NCBI GenBank assembly: GCA_017532425.1
Contig: JAFXJH010000019.1
Location: 1,029-65,028, forward strand
From: Clostridia bacterium
GTDB lineage: Bacteria > Bacillota > Clostridia > Oscillospirales > CAG-272
DNA: 64,000 nt
Direction: 5' to 3'
The position numbers were made by a program, and so were the translations under genes. A model generated the notes under the pieces. That model made no database searches. It was not told the origin of the DNA and saw nothing but the letters and a program-made list of their open reading frames with translations. Shown piece by piece: positions 9,729 through 17,931 of this stretch (positions are counted from its first letter, which is position 1; the number at the start of each line of letters is the position of its first letter).

Positions 9729-9757
9729 ATTATAACAGAAAAGAGAACGCTTTTCAA
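9729..9757 (-). promoter_or_regulatory. sigma-A type promoter of hisS-aspS
   Basis: On the minus strand: TTGAAA (9757-9752), 17-nt spacer, TATAAT (9734-9729). This leaves a ~95-nt leader. Confidence 0.6.
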
Positions 9758-9779
9758 CAGTTTTTGTAAAAAAATAAAG

Positions 9780-10502
9780 CTAATTATCGCACTTTTTGCG
9801 CGTATTTATCTCACAAACGTGTAAAGTATCGCCGTTTACCGTAAAGCGCACGTCAAAACAGGAGTATTCAAAGCCGTAAATACGCTCGGGGTCGCTGTGA
9901 TAGGCGGGCCGAGGGTCACCGGCAAGTGCTTCGGTGAGGGCGTCTTGCTTGTCTTCGGGAATAAGCGCAAGAAGCTCGCTCGGAAAATCTACCTTGAGAA
10001 AATAATCCTTGGTCTGCGCTGTGAATCCGTCGGATGCATTCTCGCAGACGTCAACGTAGGGAAGGTAGGGCTTGATGTCGTATATCGGACTTTTGTCCAT
10101 AATATCCGCGCCCGAAACGATCAAAACGAGTCCGTCGGCAGTCTTTTCTATCCCTTCGAGCTTGACGCAGGTGAGACCGAGCGGATTTGGTCTGTAGGGC
10201 GCGCGGGTCGCAAAAACTCCCATACGCGTGTTGCCGCCGAGACGGGGAGGACGTACGGTAGGTGACCATTTTTCGCCGTACACCTCTGAAAATCCCCAAA
10301 TCAGCCAGAGATGAGAGTATCCCTCAATGCCGCGTAAAAGGTCGGGATTTTTGTAGTCGGGCTCGAAAACTATTTTTGATATCAGAGATGCGGAAAGTCC
10401 GCTCTGACGAGGAAGTCCGAATTTGGTGGGAAAATCGTTACGTATGCGTGCGACAGCCTTCAAGGTAAGGTCGAGGTCGGATGATTTTTCTCTTTCTTTC
10501 AT
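9780..10502 (-). CDS. trmO: tRNA (t6A37-N6)-methyltransferase TrmO (TsaA/YaeB family)
   Basis: Contains FGLPRQSGL, IEGYSHLWLIWGF and RPPRLGGNTRMGVFATRAPYRPNPLGLT. Confidence 0.8.
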   Translation of the reverse strand: MKEREKSSDLDLTLKAVARIRNDFPTKFGLPRQSGLSASLISKIVFEPDYKNPDLLRGIEGYSHLWLIWGFSEVYGEKWSPTVRPPRLGGNTRMGVFATRAPYRPNPLGLTCVKLEGIEKTADGLVLIVSGADIMDKSPIYDIKPYLPYVDVCENASDGFTAQTKDYFLKVDFPSELLALIPEDKQDALTEALAGDPRPAYHSDPERIYGFEYSCFDVRFTVNGDTLHVCEINTRKKCDN

Positions 10503-10529
10503 AAAGCTCTCCTTGTGTAAAAAAAGTGT

Positions 10530-11327
10530 TTACTCTGCCTGATCGTGTCTTACCGCGCTGCTTCGGTAATCGGCGGGCGTCATTCCGGTGTAAGAGAGGA
10601 AGACACGGTTGAAATTTCGTATGCTCTGAAATCCGCTTTCAAGAGCTATGCTTGCAATACTGTCAGAGGTGTTTATAAGACGCTCCTTGGCGTTGTCTAT
10701 GCGGTAAAGATTTATGTACTTGCGAACATTTATCTTTACGTTCATACTGAATACCCTTGACAGATAATGAGGCTCGTATCCGAGCTCCTGCGCCATATTG
10801 ACAAGAGATATTTCTTCCTTGTATCTTTCGGAAATATAGCCGAGCATCCTGTGTATAAGCTCAGATCCCTCCTTTTTTGCCGAAACGAATTCGCTTTTTT
10901 CGTAGAAATCATTGCAAACGGCATAAAGCACGGCTTTTATTGCAAGAGGCGAACGCTTTTCTTTTTTTATACAGTATTCAATATAAAAATTTTTTACGTT
11001 TTCGTCGCAGTCGAAAATAGGGCAGACTGCATTTTTGCCGTGGATCAGCTTTGCAAAGAGGGGCACGTTGTCCTGCGAAAATACGTGTACGATAACACGG
11101 GTGTGACCGATGCTTTCGTATGAATGTATCATATTCGACAGCACGATCGCCATCTGACCGCGTTTTACGCTATATTCTTTGCTTTCTATTGTGAGGAGCA
11201 GCTCTCCTTCCTCCACGTATACAAGCTCGATGTCTCTGTGAAAATGGATAACGTAGCTAAAATCGCTGTATATCCGTATATCGTTGTTTGTAATTCCGCC
11301 CGAATTGTCTGTCTGGTATAAGATCAC
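10530..11327 (-). CDS. AraC-family transcriptional regulator (cupin sensor plus HTH)
   Basis: The C-terminal AraC HTH pair is MAQELGYEPHYLSRVF ... IASIALESGFQSIRNFNRVFLSYTGMTPADYR. The gene is divergent from the GRE1 operon. Confidence 0.9.
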   Translation of the reverse strand: MILYQTDNSGGITNNDIRIYSDFSYVIHFHRDIELVYVEEGELLLTIESKEYSVKRGQMAIVLSNMIHSYESIGHTRVIVHVFSQDNVPLFAKLIHGKNAVCPIFDCDENVKNFYIEYCIKKEKRSPLAIKAVLYAVCNDFYEKSEFVSAKKEGSELIHRMLGYISERYKEEISLVNMAQELGYEPHYLSRVFSMNVKINVRKYINLYRIDNAKERLINTSDSIASIALESGFQSIRNFNRVFLSYTGMTPADYRSSAVRHDQAE

Positions 11328-11584
11328 GATAATACCCCCGAAAGGTAAGAAGTGTAAAAAGATAATTTTTGTCTATTATTATATATTTTTTTGCTTTAAT
11401 TGTCAAGCACTTTTCTGTATAATGTAACTGATGGCAAATATGTCCGAAGCTGTAATAAAATAAGTATTTTACAGCATAATATAATAATTTTCTACTTAAA
11501 TTAGCTGTTCTTGTGCTATAATTAAAGTGAAAAGTCTTTTATTTCGTTTTGTACGCACCTTTGTGCGGAATATGAGGTGATTTT

Positions 11585-13546
11585 ATGTCGGATCTTAGAG
11601 AATTCTTACTAAACAAAAAGCATCACGCTTACAGAAAGCGTCTGCCCGAGACCTTGGCAGAAGAATATAAGAAGGCAGGTCTTGGCGACAGAGAGCGTAT
11701 GACCCGCCGCTTTGAGTATCTCATAAGCGAGGAAACTCCCGTGATACTTGAGGGCGAAAAGATCGTGTTTATAAGAACGGTAGAGAATATTCCAAACTGC
11801 TTTACCGAGGATGAATTTGACGAAATGCGTGAAAAATATTTTCTTCACGAGCTTGGATATATGTCCAATTTTTCGCCCGACTATGAGAGTGTTATAAAAA
11901 ACGGTCTGCTTTGGGTAAGAGATAAGGGAGACTCCTATCTTGCGCGTGAGATGGATGCGCTTATCGGACTTGTCGACAGATACCGCGAGGAAGCGCTCAG
12001 AATAGGACGCGACGACGTTGCAAGCGTACTTGAAAGAGTATCGAGATACGGTGCGCGCACATTTAGAGAGGCACTTCAGCTTTTCAGAATAATACACTTT
12101 GCGCTCTGGCTTGAAGGAAACTATCATAATACCTGCGGCAGATTCGATAAGTATATGTACCCCTATCTTAAGTCCGACCTTGACGCGGGAATTCTTGACG
12201 AAAACGAAGCACTTGAGCTTCTCGTCGACTTCTTCCTCTCGTTTAATAAGGACAGCGATACTTACGTCGGCGTACAGCAGGGCGATAACGGACAGAGTAT
12301 GGTGCTCGGCGGAATTGACAGCGAAGGAAACGAGACCTTTAATCTCCTTTCAAAGCTCTGCCTTGAGGCAAGCCGCAGAAATCTTCTCATCGACCCGAAG
12401 ATCAATCTGCGCGTTTCAAAAAATACTCCCGACGAGGTCTTCGAGCTCGGAAGCGAGCTGACAAAGGCAGGACTCGGATTACCTCAGTATTCAAACGACG
12501 ACGTAGTTATAGACGGTCTTGTAAAACTCGGCTATTCTCTTGAGGATGCACGCGACTACGCAGTTGCCGCTTGCTGGGAGTTCATAATCCCGAAATACGG
12601 CTTCGACGTGGCAAATATAGGCGCGCTCTCCTTCCCGAAGGTGATAGACCTTGCACTCCATACGGATAAAAAATTCGAAAGCTACGCAGATTTTGAAAAT
12701 ACCGTGTTTGAAAAGATACAGGAAGAATGTGACCGCATATGCGATGGCATAAAGAGCCTTTATTTCATACCGTCACCGATACTTATGAGTATGCTTGAGC
12801 CAAAATATCACAATTTCGGTTTGCACGGAACGGGAATAGCGACCGCGGCTGACTCTCTTGCGGCTATTGAAAAATATGTGTTCAGTGATAAAAAGCTTAC
12901 TTTTGATGAGCTGAAAACTGCGGTAGATAATGATTTTGAGGGCGACCCCGAGCTTCTTCATATGCTCAGATACGATTCTCCGAAAATGGGACAGAATCGC
13001 CCCGAGGCAGACGAAAAAGCAGTAAAGCTTCTCGCAAAATTTGCGGAAAGCCTCAAAGGAAAGAAAAACTGCGAGGGCGGAATATTCCGCGCGGGAACGG
13101 GCTCGGCAATGTTCTACCTTTGGCACGCCGCTGAAATAGGCGCATCTCCCGACGGAAGAAGAAAGGGCGAGCCCTTCGGAACAAACTTCTCGCCCAGCCT
13201 TTTCGCACGTATAGACGGTCCCTTCTCGCTGATATCCTCTTTTACAAAGCCCGAGCTTAAAGACGCAATAAACGGCGGCCCTCTGACGGTCGAGTTTGCT
13301 TCTTCGATGTTTTCGGACAGCGAGAGCGTTAAAAAGGTGGCAATGCTTGTGAAAGCCTTTATCGGAATGGGCGGACATCAGATACAGCTCAATACCGTAA
13401 ACCTCGACGTGCTTCGCGACGCGCAGGAAAATCCCGAGCTTCACAGACAGCTTGTCGTGCGTATCTGGGGATGGAGCGCATATTTCGTCGAGCTCGACCG
13501 AGAGTTCCAAAATCACGTTATGAAGCGTAAGGAGTATAGCCTGTGA
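11585..13546 (+). CDS. Glycyl radical enzyme (PFL2/dehydratase-like clade), short form (653 aa), unknown substrate
   Basis: C-terminal glycine-radical segment is QLVVRIWGWSAYFVEL. Candidate Cys loop is YAVAACWEF (C-x-E). ASPDGRRKGEPFGTNFSP and GGHQIQLNTV are typical of GRE barrels. RBS GAGGTGA is upstream. Confidence 0.85.
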   Translation: MSDLREFLLNKKHHAYRKRLPETLAEEYKKAGLGDRERMTRRFEYLISEETPVILEGEKIVFIRTVENIPNCFTEDEFDEMREKYFLHELGYMSNFSPDYESVIKNGLLWVRDKGDSYLAREMDALIGLVDRYREEALRIGRDDVASVLERVSRYGARTFREALQLFRIIHFALWLEGNYHNTCGRFDKYMYPYLKSDLDAGILDENEALELLVDFFLSFNKDSDTYVGVQQGDNGQSMVLGGIDSEGNETFNLLSKLCLEASRRNLLIDPKINLRVSKNTPDEVFELGSELTKAGLGLPQYSNDDVVIDGLVKLGYSLEDARDYAVAACWEFIIPKYGFDVANIGALSFPKVIDLALHTDKKFESYADFENTVFEKIQEECDRICDGIKSLYFIPSPILMSMLEPKYHNFGLHGTGIATAADSLAAIEKYVFSDKKLTFDELKTAVDNDFEGDPELLHMLRYDSPKMGQNRPEADEKAVKLLAKFAESLKGKKNCEGGIFRAGTGSAMFYLWHAAEIGASPDGRRKGEPFGTNFSPSLFARIDGPFSLISSFTKPELKDAINGGPLTVEFASSMFSDSESVKKVAMLVKAFIGMGGHQIQLNTVNLDVLRDAQENPELHRQLVVRIWGWSAYFVELDREFQNHVMKRKEYSL

Positions 13547-14322
13547 ACGGAAAAATATTCGATATAAAGGAATTTTCCGTGCATGACGGACCGGGCGGAC
13601 GAATAACAGTCTTTCTTAAAGGCTGTCCGCTGAAATGTCTGTGGTGTCATAACCCCGAAGGTCAGTCGCTTGAAAGCGAGCTTATGGTAAAGAGATCCTT
13701 TTGTAAGGGATGCGGAGCCTGCGTGAGAAATAAAGAAAGCGAGACCTATAAAAAATACGGCAGAGACGTTAGCGCTTGCCCCGAAAACCTTATATCGGTG
13801 GTCGGAAAAGAGTATACGCCGAGCGAGCTTGCCGATAAGATAATATCGTATAAGCCTCTGCTCGATGCGATGGGCGGCGGAGTTACCTTCAGCGGCGGCG
13901 AGCCTCTTATGCAGTACGAATTTTTGTCGGAGTGTGCAGATATTTTGCGCGAAAACGGCGTGCATATCGCACTTGAAACCTGCGGATTTGCAAAAAGCAA
14001 GGTCTTTACAGAGATACTTGCCAAGGTAGACTACGTGATGTACGATATAAAAATAATGGATAGCGAAAAGCATAAGCTCTATACCGGCTGTCCGAATGAG
14101 ATAATTCTGCAAAACGCAGAGCTTCTCAAAAAGAGCGGCGTTCCGTTTGTTTTCCGTACACCAATGATTCCCAATATCACGGATACACGTGATAATCTTG
14201 AAAGAATAGAAGAATTCACCAAAGGCTTCAGCTGGGAAAAGATACCGTATAATGAGCTTGCAGGAGCGAAATATCCGCATCTTGACAGAACTTATTCGCT
14301 TGAGATAAGCGAGAAAATATAA
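13543..14322 (+). CDS. Glycyl-radical enzyme activating protein (radical SAM)
   Basis: Contains SVHDGPGGRITVFLKGCPLKCLWCHNPE (CxxxCxxC) plus an extra Cys cluster CKGCGACV..ACPE. The GTG start overlaps the GRE1 stop codon (GTGA). Confidence 0.9.
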   Translation: MNGKIFDIKEFSVHDGPGGRITVFLKGCPLKCLWCHNPEGQSLESELMVKRSFCKGCGACVRNKESETYKKYGRDVSACPENLISVVGKEYTPSELADKIISYKPLLDAMGGGVTFSGGEPLMQYEFLSECADILRENGVHIALETCGFAKSKVFTEILAKVDYVMYDIKIMDSEKHKLYTGCPNEIILQNAELLKKSGVPFVFRTPMIPNITDTRDNLERIEEFTKGFSWEKIPYNELAGAKYPHLDRTYSLEISEKI

Positions 14323-14350
14323 TTTGAGATTAACGAAAGGACTTGAAACT

Positions 14351-15814
14351 ATGAAAAAAGTATATCTTGTAATACCCGAAAAAATAGGAAGAATAGCTCC
14401 CGAGGTCTACGGACATTTCTCCGAGCATATCGGCGGAGTGTTTTATGACGGAGTTTACGTAGGCAAGGATTCGGACGTGCCCAATATACGCGGCTTCCGT
14501 AAGGAGATAATAGAAAAGCTCAGAGATATAGCGCCTCCTGTGCTTCGTTGGCCGGGCGGATGCTACGCAGAGGTTTACCGCTGGCGCGACGGTATCGGTG
14601 AAAACCGTCCGACACGTCCGAGCTGGTGGACAAGAGACGACGGAAGATACGAGTCCAACGAGGTAGGAACTCACGAATTTATGGATTTCTGTGAGCTTAT
14701 TGGCGCAAAGCCTTATTTTGCAATGAACGTTACGTCGATAACTCCTATGGATGCACGTGATTGGATGGACTACTGCCTCTCACCGAAGGGAAGCACGACA
14801 CTTGCTCTCGAGCGTGAAAAGAACGGTCATCCGGAACCATTCGATATCCCTTATTGGGGCGTAGGAAACGAAAACTGGGGTGGCGGCGGTCATATGACTC
14901 CAGATTACTATGCTCTTGAATACCGTAAATTCTCAACGATAATGTATAATACGGTTCCCCGCGGACAGCACGTTGATCTTATCGCAGGCGGAGCTAACGG
15001 CGGCGATATCAGATGGACGGATGCGCTCGTAAAGGGACTTGAAAACTGCGGTGCTCCCGTGCACGGAATGTCCTTCCATTACTACTGCGGTAAAGCAGGC
15101 GACCCCGTGAACTTCACAGAGGATGAATGGTATCAGCTTCTCGACAGATCCGAGGTTATGGAAGAGCTGATTGTACGCCACTATGCAGGCGCGCAGGCTA
15201 AGAAGATGGAAGGCAAGCTGAAGCTCGTTATCGACGAGTGGGGATGCTGGCATCCCGACGGATCGGGCCCGAGCAAGGGATATAACCTCTTCGAGCAGCA
15301 GTCCACAATGCGCGACGCTATGGTATCCGCGCTTACTCTCAATATTTTCAACAATCATTGCGAAAAGATCAAGATGGCAAACGTTGCACAGCTTTGTAAT
15401 AATCTGCACGCGCTCTTCCTTGCAGGCGGAGAAAACTGCATAACCACGCCTACCTATCACGTCTTCAAGATGTATAAGGAGCATCAGGGCGCAGACGCAG
15501 TAAGATGCGTTACCGAAAATAACAGCGATCGCAGAAGCGCGATATCTGTTTCGGCATCCGAAAAGAACGGCTATCTGACAGTTACACTTGCAAACCGCAG
15601 CTGCACAGAGGACGCAGAGATCAGCCTCGAAGCACTCGGCGCAAGCGTTGAGGCAAATGCAAAGGCAATGCTTCTTGCAGAGGACGATATGCACGCGCAT
15701 AATACCTTTGAGGATCCCGAAAGAGTAACGATCAAGGAACTCGACGTTGACGTTTCAAAGCCGATAACTCTTCCCAAGGCGGGAATTATGAGCATTTCAA
15801 TTAAGCTTGCATAA
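14351..15814 (+). CDS. abfA: GH51 alpha-L-arabinofuranosidase
   Basis: Contains IAPEVYGHFSEHIGG, LRWPGGCYAEVYRWRDGIG and WGVGNENWG. ATG at 14351 follows GAAAGGA; the ORF-track TTG at 14324 lacks an RBS. Confidence 0.85.
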   Translation: MKKVYLVIPEKIGRIAPEVYGHFSEHIGGVFYDGVYVGKDSDVPNIRGFRKEIIEKLRDIAPPVLRWPGGCYAEVYRWRDGIGENRPTRPSWWTRDDGRYESNEVGTHEFMDFCELIGAKPYFAMNVTSITPMDARDWMDYCLSPKGSTTLALEREKNGHPEPFDIPYWGVGNENWGGGGHMTPDYYALEYRKFSTIMYNTVPRGQHVDLIAGGANGGDIRWTDALVKGLENCGAPVHGMSFHYYCGKAGDPVNFTEDEWYQLLDRSEVMEELIVRHYAGAQAKKMEGKLKLVIDEWGCWHPDGSGPSKGYNLFEQQSTMRDAMVSALTLNIFNNHCEKIKMANVAQLCNNLHALFLAGGENCITTPTYHVFKMYKEHQGADAVRCVTENNSDRRSAISVSASEKNGYLTVTLANRSCTEDAEISLEALGASVEANAKAMLLAEDDMHAHNTFEDPERVTIKELDVDVSKPITLPKAGIMSISIKLA

Positions 15815-15824
15815 AAATCACATT

Positions 15825-15853
15825 AACCGAACCGTGTTTTTTACGGTTCGGTT
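15825..15853 (+). terminator. Stem-loop after abfA (probable terminator, weak U-tract)
   Basis: AACCGAACCGT, loop gtttttt, ACGGTTCGGTT gives an 11-bp stem. The downstream T-run is only partial. Confidence 0.45.
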
Positions 15854-15951
15854 ATAAGTGTTTTATAAAGGATAATATAAAATGACTGATAATATGAAAA
15901 TGATCGCAATAGTTTATCACAAGAATGCGGGAGAAAATTTTCCGGGAATAA

Positions 15952-16197
15952 ACTCGCTGTTCTCGGAAAGAGCGAGGCGCTCCCGACCTGTTTGTAAGCT
16001 TTGATTACGGAGAAAGCTACGTTTCTTTACCTAATCCAGTATCATATCAGTTTAATAATACCTGCAGATGCGGGTATAGTCCGATGCTTATGTTTTCCCC
16101 GGACGGTAAGACGCTTTATTATTTTAACAATCCTCTTAGTGAGAGCGAGTCTTCAAGAGAAAAAATAGTTATGATCCGCATAAAAATTATAGAGTAA
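15952..16197 (+). pseudogene. 3'-terminal remnant of a paralog of the downstream BNR-propeller gene
   Basis: Nt 15985-16197 translate to DLFVSFDYGESYVSLPNPVSYQFNNTCRCGYSPMLMFSPDGKTLYYFNNP..IVMIRIKIIE*. This aligns with the last ~70 aa of the 16215..17882 product (DMFVSFDYGGTYIGIDNPIDYTITSENRCGYSPGLFFSSDGKTLYYVNNP..IAFRRIEIIE*). There is no matching N-terminal body upstream, and the frame is closed at 15949-15951. Confidence 0.7.
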
Positions 16198-16214
16198 AGG
16201 AGAGTAATAGAAAA

Positions 16215-17882
16215 ATGAAAAAAATCAAGTCTGTTCTCGCACTGCTGTGCGCCTTGCTTTTAATGGTGTCATGCTGTGTAAGCTGCGGCGGAGAAAAAGA
16301 CGAGATCAAAGGCTTTGATATAAGCTCTTATACCGTAGTTCGCCCGAGCAGAGCATCAAGGGATCTTATATCGCATACTATAACCTTCAAAAATATGATA
16401 AAAACGAGTATAGGTATAGAGCTCTCGGTAAAGGAGGACTGGATACCGCCTACACAGACACTCGATGAATCGGAAAATGAGATTCTTGTCGGTGGGACTA
16501 ACAGAACAGCTACGGCAAACGCTAAGGCTAAGCTTGATGCAAGTGACGACAAAAACGCGTTTATCATCGAGATTGTCGGTAATAAGATAGTTATCCTCGG
16601 AAAAACAGACAAGATAACCGTACACGCGCTGAAATATTTCCTCGTTAATTTTGTGAGAACCTCAAAGCAGGAAGGCAAAGTGGCGATTGACGAAAATTAC
16701 AGTCAGATATCGATTGCAGATACAGAAACGGTACTGTTCGATAATTTCGTTCAGTTTAAGATGAGCGATATCGTTTCGATATACGAGCCCGAAAGCAAGT
16801 GGTCGCTTACCACCTATCAGTATCCGAAGATCATTCAGCTTCAGTACCAGGAAAAAGAAGAGAACAACGGAATTCTTTTTTCGATACTGAATTCGAGCGA
16901 GCATTTTTACCGACTTTTCAGAAGCTATGATAACGGAGACAACTGGAAACAGGTAACACAGATATACGATAAAATCAATAAAGGTGTACGCGGCGGTCGA
17001 ATGGGTACTCTGTATGAGCTTCCCGTCGATATAGGTGAATTTAAAAAGGGAACTTTGATCCTTGCGGGTACGTCGAGTGCACTGGACACGCATCCGGAAA
17101 AAACTGCGATAGTTCTTTATTACAGCACCGATCTCGGTGAAAACTGGAAAGCCTACCAGAGCATAGATTTCGCCAAAGGACGCACAAACGGTGAAGGTAT
17201 ATGGGAGCCATTCCTTATTTATGAAGAGGAAACAGAGCGCATATACTGCTTCTATTCGGACGATTCCGACCCCGAGCATGATCAGAAGCTGGTATATAAA
17301 TATACGACAGACTTTAAGAACTGGATAGGCGCAGACGGAAAAACAGGTTCTGACGCAGACCCGTGCGAGGCTGTTGCCTGTGATGATCCCAAGCTTCGTC
17401 CGGGAATGATATCTATCGCCAAAATGGGTAACGGAGAATATATAATGACCTATGAAATGGTAGGTCTTAAAATGAATCCTACCTACGCTAAGCGCACAAA
17501 GCGCCTTGACAATTGGGGGGATGTTTCAGATTACGGAACGCTCGTACAGTCAACAGACGGAGTAATATTCGGCTCATCACCTTGGTGTGCATGGAGCCCT
17601 GTCGGAGGAGAATGCGGTACACTTATAGTAGTCGGTAAGCACCGCACGGATAAGCTGGAGGATAAGACCGCGCCCGATATGTTCGTAAGCTTTGACTACG
17701 GTGGGACTTATATAGGTATAGATAACCCGATAGACTATACGATAACCAGTGAAAACCGTTGCGGTTACAGCCCCGGACTTTTCTTCTCGTCTGACGGCAA
17801 GACTCTCTATTACGTGAATAATCCGAACTACGGACCGGGAAATGAATATATTGCTTTCAGAAGAATAGAGATAATCGAATAA
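16215..17882 (+). CDS. Lipoprotein with BNR/Asp-box beta-propeller (sialidase-fold glycosidase-like)
   Basis: Signal peptide plus lipobox MKKIKSVLALLCALLLMVSC. Asp-boxes SYDNGDNW, STDLGENW, SFDYGGTY and SSDGKTLY. RBS AAAGGAGAG is upstream. Confidence 0.7.
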   Translation: MKKIKSVLALLCALLLMVSCCVSCGGEKDEIKGFDISSYTVVRPSRASRDLISHTITFKNMIKTSIGIELSVKEDWIPPTQTLDESENEILVGGTNRTATANAKAKLDASDDKNAFIIEIVGNKIVILGKTDKITVHALKYFLVNFVRTSKQEGKVAIDENYSQISIADTETVLFDNFVQFKMSDIVSIYEPESKWSLTTYQYPKIIQLQYQEKEENNGILFSILNSSEHFYRLFRSYDNGDNWKQVTQIYDKINKGVRGGRMGTLYELPVDIGEFKKGTLILAGTSSALDTHPEKTAIVLYYSTDLGENWKAYQSIDFAKGRTNGEGIWEPFLIYEEETERIYCFYSDDSDPEHDQKLVYKYTTDFKNWIGADGKTGSDADPCEAVACDDPKLRPGMISIAKMGNGEYIMTYEMVGLKMNPTYAKRTKRLDNWGDVSDYGTLVQSTDGVIFGSSPWCAWSPVGGECGTLIVVGKHRTDKLEDKTAPDMFVSFDYGGTYIGIDNPIDYTITSENRCGYSPGLFFSSDGKTLYYVNNPNYGPGNEYIAFRRIEIIE

Positions 17883-17888
17883 AATAAA

Positions 17889-17929
17889 ATACCTTCAGCT
17901 ATATGAAACAGTAAAGCTGAAGGTATTTT
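17889..17929. terminator. Bidirectional terminator between the BNR gene (+) and the histidine kinase (-)
   Basis: ATACCTTCAGCT, 14-nt loop, AGCTGAAGGTAT gives a 12-bp stem flanked by A-runs and T-runs. Confidence 0.75.
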
Positions 17930-17931
17930 GA

